Source: Thermoplasmata archaeon
Lineage (GTDB): Archaea > Thermoplasmatota > SW-10-69-26 > JACQPN01 > JAJPHT01
Length of the DNA stretch: 21,637 nt
Direction: 5' to 3'
Assembly (NCBI GenBank): GCA_034667685.1
Contig: JAXDQU010000110.1
Coordinates: 1 to 21,637, forward strand
Shown here: positions 1 to 9,114 of the stretch, one piece after another
How positions within the stretch are numbered: the first letter of the stretch is position 1
Layout: each line of letters begins with the position of its first letter
Position numbers and translations under genes: made by a program
The notes under the pieces: model-generated
Seen by the model: only the letters and a program-made list of their open reading frames with translations
Told to the model about the DNA's origin: nothing
Databases searched by the model: none

Positions 1-17
1 CCCTTCGGCCCCCGCGT

Positions 18-46
18 TTCCCGTCTTCCCCTCTTCCCGTCTTCCC
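18..46. repeat. Octamer tandem repeat (TTCCCSTC x3.5), possibly one arm of a palindromic element cut by the window edge
   Basis: TTCCCGTC-TTCCCCTC-TTCCCGTC-TTCCC at 18-46, abutting the stop codon of the receiver gene. Confidence 0.6.
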
Positions 47-423
47 TACGCTTCCGCAAGCCCCGCGAACGCCCGCGCGAGCCCCATCAAGCCCTCCGAC
101 TTCGCGACGAGGCCGTGCGGCTTAGCTTCCGCGAGGTCGGCCGAGGGGAGATCGAGCAGCGGCTCGCCGGTGAAGAGCCAGCGCGCGGCGCCGGGCTGCA
201 ATTCGCGGGCGACGCGCAGCAGGCCGAGGTCGGCGACGACGAGCGCGACGGCGCCGCGGCGCAGGTGCGGCATCGCCTCCTGCGCGGTGCGCGCGACCCG
301 GATGCGCGCCTGGGGGCACGCGTGGGCGAGCGCCTCGCGCATGGCGGCAAGCTGGACCGGGTCGTCGTCGACGAGGAGGACGTGCGCGCGCGGCACGTCC
401 AAGGCTGGGTCGGCGCGCGTCAT
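46..423 (-). CDS. Stand-alone response regulator receiver (REC) domain protein, atypical
   Basis: VLLVDDD acidic pocket, beta3 VVAD (phospho-Asp position), beta4 LFTG, beta5 VAK; the usual xxMPxxDG loop after the Asp is missing. Confidence 0.8.
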   Translation of the reverse strand: MTRADPALDVPRAHVLLVDDDPVQLAAMREALAHACPQARIRVARTAQEAMPHLRRGAVALVVADLGLLRVARELQPGAARWLFTGEPLLDLPSADLAEAKPHGLVAKSEGLMGLARAFAGLAEA

Positions 424-461
424 GTGCCATCGCCCGGGGTCGGTTCAGACGAACCGAAAGC

Positions 462-908
462 CTACTCCTGCCTGGGAAGCTGCTGCGAGAGGACCGCGAG
501 CTTCTCCGCGGCGCCCTCCTCCTCGAGGGCGAGCGCGATGAGGCGCTCCTGGAGGCTGGGCGTGGGCGCGTCGCGGGCCGCGCGGCGCAGCAGCTCGGCG
601 CTGGCGCGCTTGACCTCGACGAAGCTCTCCACGATCTCGGCCGCGTCGAGCCCGCCGGGGGCCAGGGGCTTCGGCTTGCGCGGCACCTGCGAGACGTGCG
701 CGGTCCAGTCCTCCAGGATGCCTTCGAGCTCCAGCGAGGCGCTCGCGGCGCGTCGGCGCAAGGCCTGCACCATCGCGCGTTGCGTCTCGTCGGGGAGGGC
801 GTCGGCGAGCCGGCGCAAGCCTGCCGGGCCGACGGTCTCCTCCAAGTACTGGATGGTCCGCAGCTCGTTGAGGGTCCTGCCCAGCGTGGGGGAGAGCTCG
901 TTCTGCAC
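462..908 (-). CDS. Hypothetical all-helical protein, possibly a degenerate ferritin-like four-helix bundle
   Basis: Genome-typical codon usage from GTG 908 (VQNELSPTLG...), amphipathic Glu/Leu/Ala-rich helices, C-terminal LIALALEEE; no ExxH motif; start uncertain. Confidence 0.6.
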   Translation of the reverse strand: MQNELSPTLGRTLNELRTIQYLEETVGPAGLRRLADALPDETQRAMVQALRRRAASASLELEGILEDWTAHVSQVPRKPKPLAPGGLDAAEIVESFVEVKRASAELLRRAARDAPTPSLQERLIALALEEEGAAEKLAVLSQQLPRQE

Positions 909-1035
909 GACGTCGACCGGGCACCGATTGGCCCCACGTGCTTGAAGGGCACTCTGGTTCAAAGCACGAAATAGGGCCGGGACCGTGCTGGCGGGCGGGC
1001 TCACGGCCAGCAGGTCGAGCGCAAGAGCGGGGGCT

Positions 1036-1467
1036 TCAGACGAGCCCGCCGTACATGATGTAGGCCGTCACGGCCTGCGGGTCCAGGTCGAGGTAGCCAG
1101 CGAGCCACCGATCGCAGCCGAAGCTCACGGTGGACCCCTCAGGGATCACGTAGCCCCACATGTCGTGGGCGTTGCCGTCGACGACGCAGCGCACGGTGCA
1201 ATCGTCGTTCTTGCCGGCGATCTCCGTGATGGAGAACGACCCGCCGTGCCCATAGCTGCCTTCGACGTGGTCGTCGCACTTGTTGCCGCCGCAGCCGTCG
1301 ACCCAGAAGCCGTGCGCGTCGAACCCGTTGTCGTTCGAGAACCAGACCTCGCCGCTCCCTGCGCCCGAGGTGTGCGGGTGGCACGCGCTTCCCGCGGAGG
1401 CGGCGGGGATCGGCAGGGAGAGGCAGAGCAGCGCGACGGCGGTCATCACGATTCGAATCTTCAGCAT
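1036..1467 (-). CDS. Small secreted Cys/Gly-rich hypothetical protein (143 aa)
   Basis: ATG at 1467 gives a signal peptide [25 protein letters not shown], followed by a mature region with 6 Cys; C/G-ending codon usage. Confidence 0.75.
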   Translation of the reverse strand: MLKIRIVMTAVALLCLSLPIPAASAGSACHPHTSGAGSGEVWFSNDNGFDAHGFWVDGCGGNKCDDHVEGSYGHGGSFSITEIAGKNDDCTVRCVVDGNAHDMWGYVIPEGSTVSFGCDRWLAGYLDLDPQAVTAYIMYGGLV

Positions 1468-1601
1468 GGGATTCACGTCGCCGCGCGAGGCGGCAACGCG
1501 CGAACGCCACGGACCGGGATGCCCTGTGCGCCCGCCCGCGAAGTCGGCATGGTCCTTGCGCCCGCGCGAGACGAAGGCTTCAGCCTTCTGCGTCTTCTGC
1601 G

Positions 1602-1617
1602 GAAACCGGCATATACC
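1602..1617 (+). promoter_or_regulatory. Putative BRE/TATA promoter of aconitase
   Basis: GAAACCGGCATATACC ~45-60 nt upstream of the TTG start; GGAGG SD at 1647-1651. Confidence 0.45.
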
Positions 1618-1660
1618 CGATCCGTGGAATGCCGCCGCAGAATCCTGGAGGACTGACCGG

Positions 1661-3922
1661 TTGCCCGCCATCGAGTCCACGCCCGCCTTCGTCGAGGACG
1701 CCTACAAGAAGATGGAGAAGCGCCTCGAGGTCGTGCGCGCGCGGCTCAACCGGCCGCTGACCCTCGCCGAGAAGATCGTCCTGGGCCACCTGCACGACCC
1801 CGCCGGCCAAGAGATCGCGGGCGGCAAGGCCTACCTGCTGCTGCACCCGGACCGCGTCGCGATGCAGGACGCCACCGCGCAGATGGCGCTCCTCCAGTTC
1901 ATGACCGCGGGGCGCCCCAGCGTGGCCGTGCCCACGACGATCCACTGCGACCACCTCATCGTCGCCAAGGACGGCGCGACGAAGGACATGCCCGTCGCCC
2001 TCCAGGAGAACCACGAGGTGTACGACTTCATGGCGAGCGCCGCCGCGAAGTACGGCATCGGGTTCTGGAAGCCCGGCAGCGGCATCATCCACCAGGTCGT
2101 GCTGGAGCAGTACGCGTTCCCCGGCGGCATGATCATCGGCACCGACTCGCACACGCCCAACGCGGGCGGCCTCGGCATGGTCGCCGTGGGCGTCGGCGGC
2201 GCCGACGCGGTGGACGTCATGGCCGGCTTCCCCTGGGAGGTCCTCCAGCCCAAGATCATCGGCGTCAAACTCACCGGAAAGCTATCAGGCTGGACCGCGC
2301 CCAAGGACGTGATCCTCAAGCTCGCCGGCATCCTCACCGTGGCCGGCGGCACGAACGCGATCATCGAATACTTCGGCCCCGGCACCGCGAGCATCTCGTG
2401 CACCGGCAAGGCCACCATCTGCAACATGGGCGCCGAGATCGGCGCGACGTGCTCGGTCTTCCCGTACGACGAGCGCATGAAGACGTACCTCGCCGCCACC
2501 GAGCGCAAGGCGCTCGCCGACGTCGCGGACCGCCACAAGCACCTCCTCGCCGCGGACGCAGGCAGCGAGGCGCACTACGACCAGGTCATCGAGATCGACC
2601 TCTCGACGCTGGAGCCCCACCTCGTGGGCCCCCACACGCCCGACCTCGCCCGCCCGATCAGCAAGGTCGCCGAGGCCGTGCGCACCGAGAAGTACCCCAA
2701 CAAGATCAGCGTCGCTCTCATCGGAAGCTGCACCAACAGCAGCTACGAGGACATCAGCCGCGTCGCCGACGTCGCGCAGCAGGCGCAGGCCCACGGCGCG
2801 AAGATGGCCAGCCCGCTCCTTGTTACTCCCGGCAGCGAGCAGATCCACCTCACGATCCAGCGCGACGGCCAGATGCAGACGCTCGAGAAGCTGGGCGCCA
2901 ACGTCCTCGCCAACGCCTGCGGCCCCTGCATCGGCCAATGGAGCCGCCCCGAGATCAAGCCCGGCGAGGAGAACGTCATCGTCACCTCCTACAACCGCAA
3001 CTTCCCCAAGCGCAACGACGGAAACGCGGGCACGCTGAACTTCATCGGCTCGCCCGAGATTGTCATGGCGCTGGGCCTCGCGGGCCGCCTCGACTTCAAC
3101 CCGCTCACCGACGAGCTGACGGGCCCCGACGGCAAGAAGTTCAAGCTCCACGCGCCCGCCCCCGCCCCCGAGATCCCCGCGAAGGGCTTCGTCAAGGACG
3201 AGCACGGCTACCAGGCGCCCGCCAAGGACGCCCCCGCCATCAAGGTCGCCATCGCCCCCGAAAGCAAGCGCCTCCAGCTCCTCGAGCCCTTCACCCCGTG
3301 GGACGGCCATGATATCACGGGCGCGCCGCTGCTCCTGAAGGCCAAGGGCAAGTGCACCACGGACCACATCAGCCCCGCCGGCCCCTGGCTCCGCTTCCGC
3401 GGCCACATCAACAACATCAGCGACAACATGTTCCTCGGCGCCATCAACGCCTTCAGCGGCGAAGCCGGCAAGGGCAAGAACGCCCTCACCGGCGAAACGG
3501 CCGCCTTCCCCGCCATCGCGCGCGACTACAAGGCCAAGGGGCTCAAGTGGGTCGTGGTGGGCGACGAGAACTACGGCGAAGGAAGCAGCCGCGAGCACGC
3601 CGCCATGGAGCCACGCTACCTCGGCGGCGCCGCCATCCTCGCACGCAGCTTCGCGCGCATCCACGAGACCAACCTCAAGAAGCAAGGCCTCCTCCCGCTC
3701 AAGTTCGCCGACAAGGCAGACTACGAAAAGATCCGCGAAGGCGACCGCCTCGACGTCCTCGGCCTCTACGACCTCGCACCGGGCAAACCGCTCACCGTCA
3801 TCGCCCACCACGCAGACGGAACGAAGGACACGTTCCAGGTCACGCACACGTTCAACGCAGAGCAAGTCCACTGGTTCAAGGCCGGCAGCGCCCTGAACGT
3901 GCTGCGCGCAGCCAAGCACTAA
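1661..3922 (+). CDS. acn: Aconitate hydratase, mitochondrial-type subfamily (753 aa)
   Basis: [39 protein letters not shown] and ACGPCIGQW (three 4Fe-4S Cys), [22 protein letters not shown] 1661 follows a GGAGG SD, so the ORF-track start at 1280 is an over-extension. Confidence 0.96.
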   Translation: MPAIESTPAFVEDAYKKMEKRLEVVRARLNRPLTLAEKIVLGHLHDPAGQEIAGGKAYLLLHPDRVAMQDATAQMALLQFMTAGRPSVAVPTTIHCDHLIVAKDGATKDMPVALQENHEVYDFMASAAAKYGIGFWKPGSGIIHQVVLEQYAFPGGMIIGTDSHTPNAGGLGMVAVGVGGADAVDVMAGFPWEVLQPKIIGVKLTGKLSGWTAPKDVILKLAGILTVAGGTNAIIEYFGPGTASISCTGKATICNMGAEIGATCSVFPYDERMKTYLAATERKALADVADRHKHLLAADAGSEAHYDQVIEIDLSTLEPHLVGPHTPDLARPISKVAEAVRTEKYPNKISVALIGSCTNSSYEDISRVADVAQQAQAHGAKMASPLLVTPGSEQIHLTIQRDGQMQTLEKLGANVLANACGPCIGQWSRPEIKPGEENVIVTSYNRNFPKRNDGNAGTLNFIGSPEIVMALGLAGRLDFNPLTDELTGPDGKKFKLHAPAPAPEIPAKGFVKDEHGYQAPAKDAPAIKVAIAPESKRLQLLEPFTPWDGHDITGAPLLLKAKGKCTTDHISPAGPWLRFRGHINNISDNMFLGAINAFSGEAGKGKNALTGETAAFPAIARDYKAKGLKWVVVGDENYGEGSSREHAAMEPRYLGGAAILARSFARIHETNLKKQGLLPLKFADKADYEKIREGDRLDVLGLYDLAPGKPLTVIAHHADGTKDTFQVTHTFNAEQVHWFKAGSALNVLRAAKH

Positions 3923-3959
3923 GGGTGGCCGCCGAAGCCGCGGCTTCGGCGAGACCCTT
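3921..3959. terminator. GC-rich palindromic hairpin between convergent genes
   Basis: Perfect 22-bp palindrome CGCCGAAGCCGCGGCTTCGGCG (3930-3951) with outer AAGGGT/ACCCTT pairing, directly after the acn stop. Confidence 0.55.
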
Positions 3960-3976
3960 GTCCGCGCAACGAAGCA

Positions 3977-4267
3977 CTAACGCCGCAACCGCGGAATCCG
4001 CGTCGCGTCCGACTCGAACGCCGCCGCCAACAGAAGCGTAAACGCCTCCCACTGCGACAGCTCACGCCCCGCCTCCACCGACCACCACGCCTTCAACCGA
4101 TCGAACTCCACCTTGTCATCCCGCCGAATCTTCACACTGCTCAAATTCGGAAGCACCGGACCATCCGGCACCAACTCAAGCGCCGGCGCCGCGCTCACCA
4201 ACGAAGGATCACGGTCAGGATCCTTCTCCAAGATCGAAAACGGCCGGACGGGACGCCGAGAAGCCAT
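3977..4267 (-). CDS. Small hypothetical protein, possible ribbon-helix-helix DNA-binding domain
   Basis: C-terminal SSVKIRRDDKVEFDRLKAWW...ELSQWEAFTLLL fits a beta-alpha-alpha pattern; minus-strand TTCATATC box ~25-30 nt upstream of the ATG suggests a leaderless mRNA. Confidence 0.6.
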   Translation of the reverse strand: MASRRPVRPFSILEKDPDRDPSLVSAAPALELVPDGPVLPNLSSVKIRRDDKVEFDRLKAWWSVEAGRELSQWEAFTLLLAAAFESDATRIPRLRR

Positions 4268-4327
4268 GCAGCCAAAGAGAGCACAGGATGATATGAAGCG
4301 AATCCGGAGGTCGCCTCACTCGCGCGC

Positions 4328-4445
4328 CCCTCACGCTCCACGGGCGGCCCGGAAGCGCGGGGATTGCGTGGATCCCGGCGATTTCTTCCACGGCGTAGAA
4401 GGCGGGGATACCTGCGCTCCCGGAGTGGCCGTGGAGCGCAGAGGG
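4328..4445. repeat. ~120-nt imperfect intergenic inverted repeat
   Basis: CCCTC/GAGGG, CGCTCCACGG(4334-43)/CCGTGGAGCG(4429-38), CCGGAAGCGCGGG(4349-61)/CCTGCGCTCCCGG(4411-23), ATCCC/GGGAT nested stems. Confidence 0.6.
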
Positions 4446-4454
4446 CCAAGATGG

Positions 4455-4619
4455 CTACTTGTTGAGCGACTTCTTGACGTCGTCGACGGCATTCTTGCCT
4501 TCGCCCACGCCGCTCTGGATCTTACCTTTCATCTCTTGTGACTTGTTGCCGGTCAGCTTGCCGACGGTTTCGTTGGTCTTGCCCTTGATCTTGTCTGCGG
4601 TGCCGGTGTCGTTCGTCAT
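4455..4619 (-). CDS. csbD: CsbD/YjbJ-family general stress protein (54 aa; not in ORF track)
   Basis: Hand translation MTNDTGTADKIKGKTNETVGKLTGNKSQEMKGKIQSGVGEGKNAVDDVKKSLNK*; DKxKGKxxExxGKxTG...xG is the CsbD pattern. Confidence 0.88.
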   Translation of the reverse strand: MTNDTGTADKIKGKTNETVGKLTGNKSQEMKGKIQSGVGEGKNAVDDVKKSLNK

Positions 4620-4789
4620 GTTGGACGTTTGGGTTGGGCGCTGCGCATGTGTGTTTTGGTCTTCGGTTCGGTGAGTTGCGGCTCGTGAGGGGGTGCGTGC
4701 GGATTGCGTGGGTCGGCAGCAGCGTCGGTTTCTTTTGTGGGTCCTTGGGCGTGGTGCGGCGCCGACAGGTTGACGAGGGGAGGCGCTAC

Positions 4790-4990
4790 GTGCCGTGCGT
4801 GGTCGTCCTGGCGTGCGAGTTCTGCGGGAAGCCGCTCGTGGATCCGATCGAGGAGGCGTTCAACCTGGCGTTCATTGCGCATCTGAGGGGCGAGGCGCGC
4901 TGCATGGAGCTTTTCTCCTATGGCATGACCGCGTTGCGCAACGAGTTGGGCGTCAGGCTCGGGAAGAAGCCGGCGATCGAAGGCATCTAA
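4790..4990 (+). CDS. Small zinc-finger-like protein (C-x2-C ... H-x6-C)
   Basis: GGGGAGG SD at 4777-4783 before GTG 4790 (alternative GTG 4799); CEFCGKPL...FIAHLRGEARC. Confidence 0.7.
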   Translation: MPCVVVLACEFCGKPLVDPIEEAFNLAFIAHLRGEARCMELFSYGMTALRNELGVRLGKKPAIEGI

Positions 4991-5259
4991 TCCAGGAAGT
5001 CGGGTTCGTGGGGCCAGGCGACTTCGCGCCGGGCGATGGGGCTGGCGCGGGCGACGCGGTCGGGGCGTGTTGAGTCGGCGAGCCGGCCGAGGTCGAGCAC
5101 GGCGCTGAGGAGGTGGAGGCGCGTGGTGGGCGCGACGCCGGCGGCGCGCATTTCGGCGTTGACGCGGGCGAGGCCTTCGCGCGGCTTGTGGGGGAGGGGG
5201 GCGATCTTCTCGGCGATGCGGGCGTCGGCGAAGCTGTGCTTGGTGGCGGGGGAGGGCAT
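4987..5259 (-). CDS. Hypothetical protein (~90 aa)
   Basis: ATG 5259 just downstream of the 5283-5945 gene; stop overlaps the zinc-finger stop; no recognisable motif. Confidence 0.5.
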   Translation of the reverse strand: MPSPATKHSFADARIAEKIAPLPHKPREGLARVNAEMRAAGVAPTTRLHLLSAVLDLGRLADSTRPDRVARASPIARREVAWPHEPDFLD

Positions 5260-5282
5260 GTCGCTTTCTTGGTGGTGCGCGT

Positions 5283-5945
5283 TCAAGAAGGCGTCGGAGA
5301 GTCCGGTGGCGGCTTGGCGTAGGCTTCGTCGAGCCCGCGCACGACGCGCGCGGTCTGCCAGGCCGTGACGTCGCGGCCGATCGTGGCGAGCTTGGGCACG
5401 ACGCTTCGGGGCAGGCGGAGCAGGTCGGGATGCTGCTCGGCGTAGCCGAAGATCCAGTCCATGAGCTGCGTGTTCTCCGCGACGATGTGGTCTGGGATCT
5501 CGCGGGTGGGGAACGCGGCGAGGAGGAGCTCGTCGTAGTCCTTCGGCTCCTCGACCATCACCATGCGGGCGAGGTCCGGCAGGCGCAGCGCCATCTCGGC
5601 TTCGCAGCGGGCGAGCACGGGCGCGAAGCGCGGGTCCTTGACCTTGACGACGAGGTTCAGCTCGCGCACGCGCAGGACGCGCGGCAGGTGCTCGCGGGCC
5701 AGCGGCGCCGGGTCCTCGCCTGCGTGCACGCGCTTGGCGAGGTCCATGAGGAACACGACGTCGTCGCGCAGCCGGGGGCGCAGCTCCAGCGCGGCCAGGC
5801 CGCCCATGACGGCGGCTTCCAGTCCGCGCGCGAGGAAGGCGAGGGGGCCGTGCGCCTCCCTGGCGAGACGCTCGCGGAGGTGCGAGAGCCCCGCGTCGAG
5901 GTCGCTCTCCGCCTTGGCGAGGATGATCCGCTCCGCGGCGCGCAT
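5283..5945 (-). CDS. Hypothetical helical protein (220 aa)
   Basis: Typical codon usage and globular helical composition; no family recognised. Confidence 0.75.
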   Translation of the reverse strand: MRAAERIILAKAESDLDAGLSHLRERLAREAHGPLAFLARGLEAAVMGGLAALELRPRLRDDVVFLMDLAKRVHAGEDPAPLAREHLPRVLRVRELNLVVKVKDPRFAPVLARCEAEMALRLPDLARMVMVEEPKDYDELLLAAFPTREIPDHIVAENTQLMDWIFGYAEQHPDLLRLPRSVVPKLATIGRDVTAWQTARVVRGLDEAYAKPPPDSPTPS

Positions 5946-5967
5946 GCGCGGGGAAGCCAGGGGCCCC

Positions 5968-6255
5968 TCATGAAGGCGCGCGACGGCGGTCGAGCGCGCG
6001 ACGCGCCGCCGCCAGGTGGGTCGCGACCTCGCGTCCCGCGGCGGTGAGCGTGATGGCGAGCACCTGGATGCGCCCCTGGTCGCGCCGCGCCACCGTGACG
6101 AGGCCTGCTTCCTCCAGCGCGTCGAGGACGCGGCGGGCCCGCTCGGGCGAGGCGCCGCACGCGACGCCGAAGCGGCGCATGTTCAGGGGCTCCTTCTCCA
6201 GCAGCCTGACGAGGGCGCGGAAGGCGGGGCTCTCCCACGCGTCGGCGTCGGCCAT
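5968..6255 (-). CDS. Winged helix-turn-helix transcriptional regulator (MarR/ArsR-like)
   Basis: LNMRRFGVACGASPERARRVLDALEEAGLV followed by the wing and ITLTAAGR. Confidence 0.8.
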   Translation of the reverse strand: MADADAWESPAFRALVRLLEKEPLNMRRFGVACGASPERARRVLDALEEAGLVTVARRDQGRIQVLAITLTAAGREVATHLAAARRALDRRRAPS

Positions 6256-6327
6256 CAGGCTGGCATACCGCCCACGAGGCTTGAAAAGCGGCTCGCGGGG
6301 ACGGGTGGCAGAAACGACCCGTTCATC

Positions 6328-6618
6328 TTACTCGTACTCGAGCACGATCTTGTCGTCCTTCACGACGCGCAGGCTCGCCGTGCGCCCCTGCTCGGGGTTC
6401 ATCAGCGGCAGCGCGATGCGGTAGTGGACGTGCTCCGGCTCGCGGCAGTGGCAGGGCGCGCTCTCGACGATCTTCGTCTTCAGCGTGCTCTTGCCCACGG
6501 TGAGCTGGAAGGGCGCGCCCGGCGTGGGCAGCTTGGGAAGCCAAGCCTTCTCGACGAGGAGGAACCCTTCTTCGGCCTCCTCCGCGCCGATCTTGCGTTT
6601 CATCGTGTTCGAGGACAT
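6328..6618 (-). CDS. Small beta-rich hypothetical protein with CxC-x4-HxH putative metal site
   Basis: PCHCREPEHVHY motif within alternating beta-strand sequence; genome-typical codon usage. Confidence 0.75.
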   Translation of the reverse strand: MSSNTMKRKIGAEEAEEGFLLVEKAWLPKLPTPGAPFQLTVGKSTLKTKIVESAPCHCREPEHVHYRIALPLMNPEQGRTASLRVVKDDKIVLEYE

Positions 6619-6732
6619 GATGCTCGACTCGACCCCGACGGACGCCGGGGGAAAAGTGGGCGCCCGGGGGCGCTCCTGCGATCCGATGAGCAGCCTCCGA
6701 ACATGAAGGTTTGCCCTGGGGCTCGCCGACGC

Positions 6733-6913
6733 GGGCTCCGGACTCTGGGCTCAAGGCTCTGGGCTCAGGACTCTGGGCTCAAGGCTCTGGAATCGGAATT
6801 GGAATCGGAAGAGAAGGGGAAGAGGAATCGGAGCTACGCTGTTTCTCCGCTTCCGATTCCGATTCCAATTCCGATTCCAGAGCCCAGAGTCCTGAGCCCA
6901 GAGCCCGGAGCCC
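6733..6913. repeat. Large palindrome built from heptamer and hexamer tandem repeats
   Basis: Left arm: 8 heptamers (GGGCTCA/AGGCTCT/GGACTCT type, 6733-6788) then GGAATC-GGAATT-GGAATC-GGAA; right arm: TTCC, four GATTCC/AATTCC hexamers, then 5 complementary heptamers (6879-6913). Confidence 0.9.
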
Positions 6914-6922
6914 CGTGAGTCC

Positions 6923-6937
6923 CGAAATCCTAATATC
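6923..6937 (+). promoter_or_regulatory. Putative BRE/TATA promoter of icd
   Basis: CGAAATCCTAATATC, with a GAGAGG SD-like motif at 6961-6966. Confidence 0.5.
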
Positions 6938-6974
6938 GGACACCCGGTTGGCGCGCCCCAGAGAGGCGATCCCC

Positions 6975-8402
<1,428 letters not shown>

Positions 8403-8404
8403 GA

Positions 8405-8657
8405 GAACGGGAGCGCCCGGCGCGCAGCGCCGTGGCGCGGGTCCGGCTTATCGCCCCCGAAGCCGCGCTTCAGCGCGGCGGAGCGGGGCGACCGAAGCGG
8501 CTTGCCGCGAGGCGCGGCCGAGCCGCAGCTCGGCGAGCGGTAGGGAGTATTGCCGGCTGGTACGCCAGCCGAGTAAGGGGGCCTGGGGCCGCGGGGTTTT
8601 TTTTGGGCACAACGGCCCCGCGGCCCGGCAAGCCTCCTCGCAAGACACCAGCCGGCA
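8405..8657. other. Multi-hairpin structured intergenic region (REP-like cluster or ncRNA)
   Basis: Stems TCGCCCC/GGGGCGA, GCCGCGCT/AGCGCGGC, GCGGC/GCCGC, GCCGAGC/GCTCGGC, CGGCTGG-TACG-CCAGCCG, GGGCCGCGGGG/CCCCGCGGCCC around a T8 run, TGCCGGCTGGT/ACCAGCCGGCA. Confidence 0.55.
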
Positions 8658-8679
8658 GGCCGTATATCAACGAAGGCAG

Positions 8680-9114
8680 CTAATTTGCTGCATCCCTCGC
8701 CAGCTGGCCTTCGGCGTCGAGCGAGTCCCAGGCTTCGCGGACGTAGGTCCAGAGTTGGGCGGGGGTGGGGTTTCCGGCCTGGGCGTAGCGGATGCGCCCT
8801 TCGGCGTCGACCAGGAGGAGCGTGGGCGTCTCGGTGACGCCCAGGTCGCGCGCGAGGCGGGCCCGCTCGTGGACCGACACGGCGATGGCGGGGACTTCGG
8901 GGGCGGCTTCGCGGACGACGTGCGGCGTCTCGGCGCATTCGCTGCACAGGCGGCTGGTGAAGTAGAGGACGGCGAGGGGCGCGCCGGGCGGCACGAGGTC
9001 CTCGGGCACGCGGGCGAGGCGCGGCTGGAAGCCGGCGCGGCGGCGGGCGCGCGCCCAGGCGGCGAGCGCGACGAGGGCGAGGAGGCCCAGCGCGACGCCG
9101 ACGCGCGCGATCAC
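8680..9114 (-). CDS. Membrane-anchored thioredoxin-like protein (CSEC)
   Basis: N-terminal TM helix, LYFTSRLCSEC active-site motif, GVTETPTLLLVD cis-Pro motif; GTG start overlaps the upstream TGA (GTGA). Confidence 0.85.
   Translation of the reverse strand: MIARVGVALGLLALVALAAWARARRRAGFQPRLARVPEDLVPPGAPLAVLYFTSRLCSECAETPHVVREAAPEVPAIAVSVHERARLARDLGVTETPTLLLVDAEGRIRYAQAGNPTPAQLWTYVREAWDSLDAEGQLARDAAN

Noticed and set aside
1280-1660. N-terminal extension of aconitase
   Set aside because: Overlaps the opposite-strand secreted-protein gene and the promoter; the SD supports TTG 1661.
4385-4410. TTCCAC...GGGG as an archaeal ORB element
   Set aside because: Lacks the GAAAC core, has no convincing repeated copies or AT-rich unwinding element, and no cdc6/orc1 is nearby.
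6711-6947. Repeat-encoded N-terminal extension of IDH ([16 protein letters not shown]...SDSDSNSDS)
   Set aside because: It is simply the translation of the palindromic repeat and lies upstream of or across the putative promoter and SD.
8448-8670. Two 66-aa minus-strand ORFs, one with a nearby GAGGAGG
   Set aside because: Low-complexity Arg/Ala/Pro translations across hairpins, with atypical codon usage.
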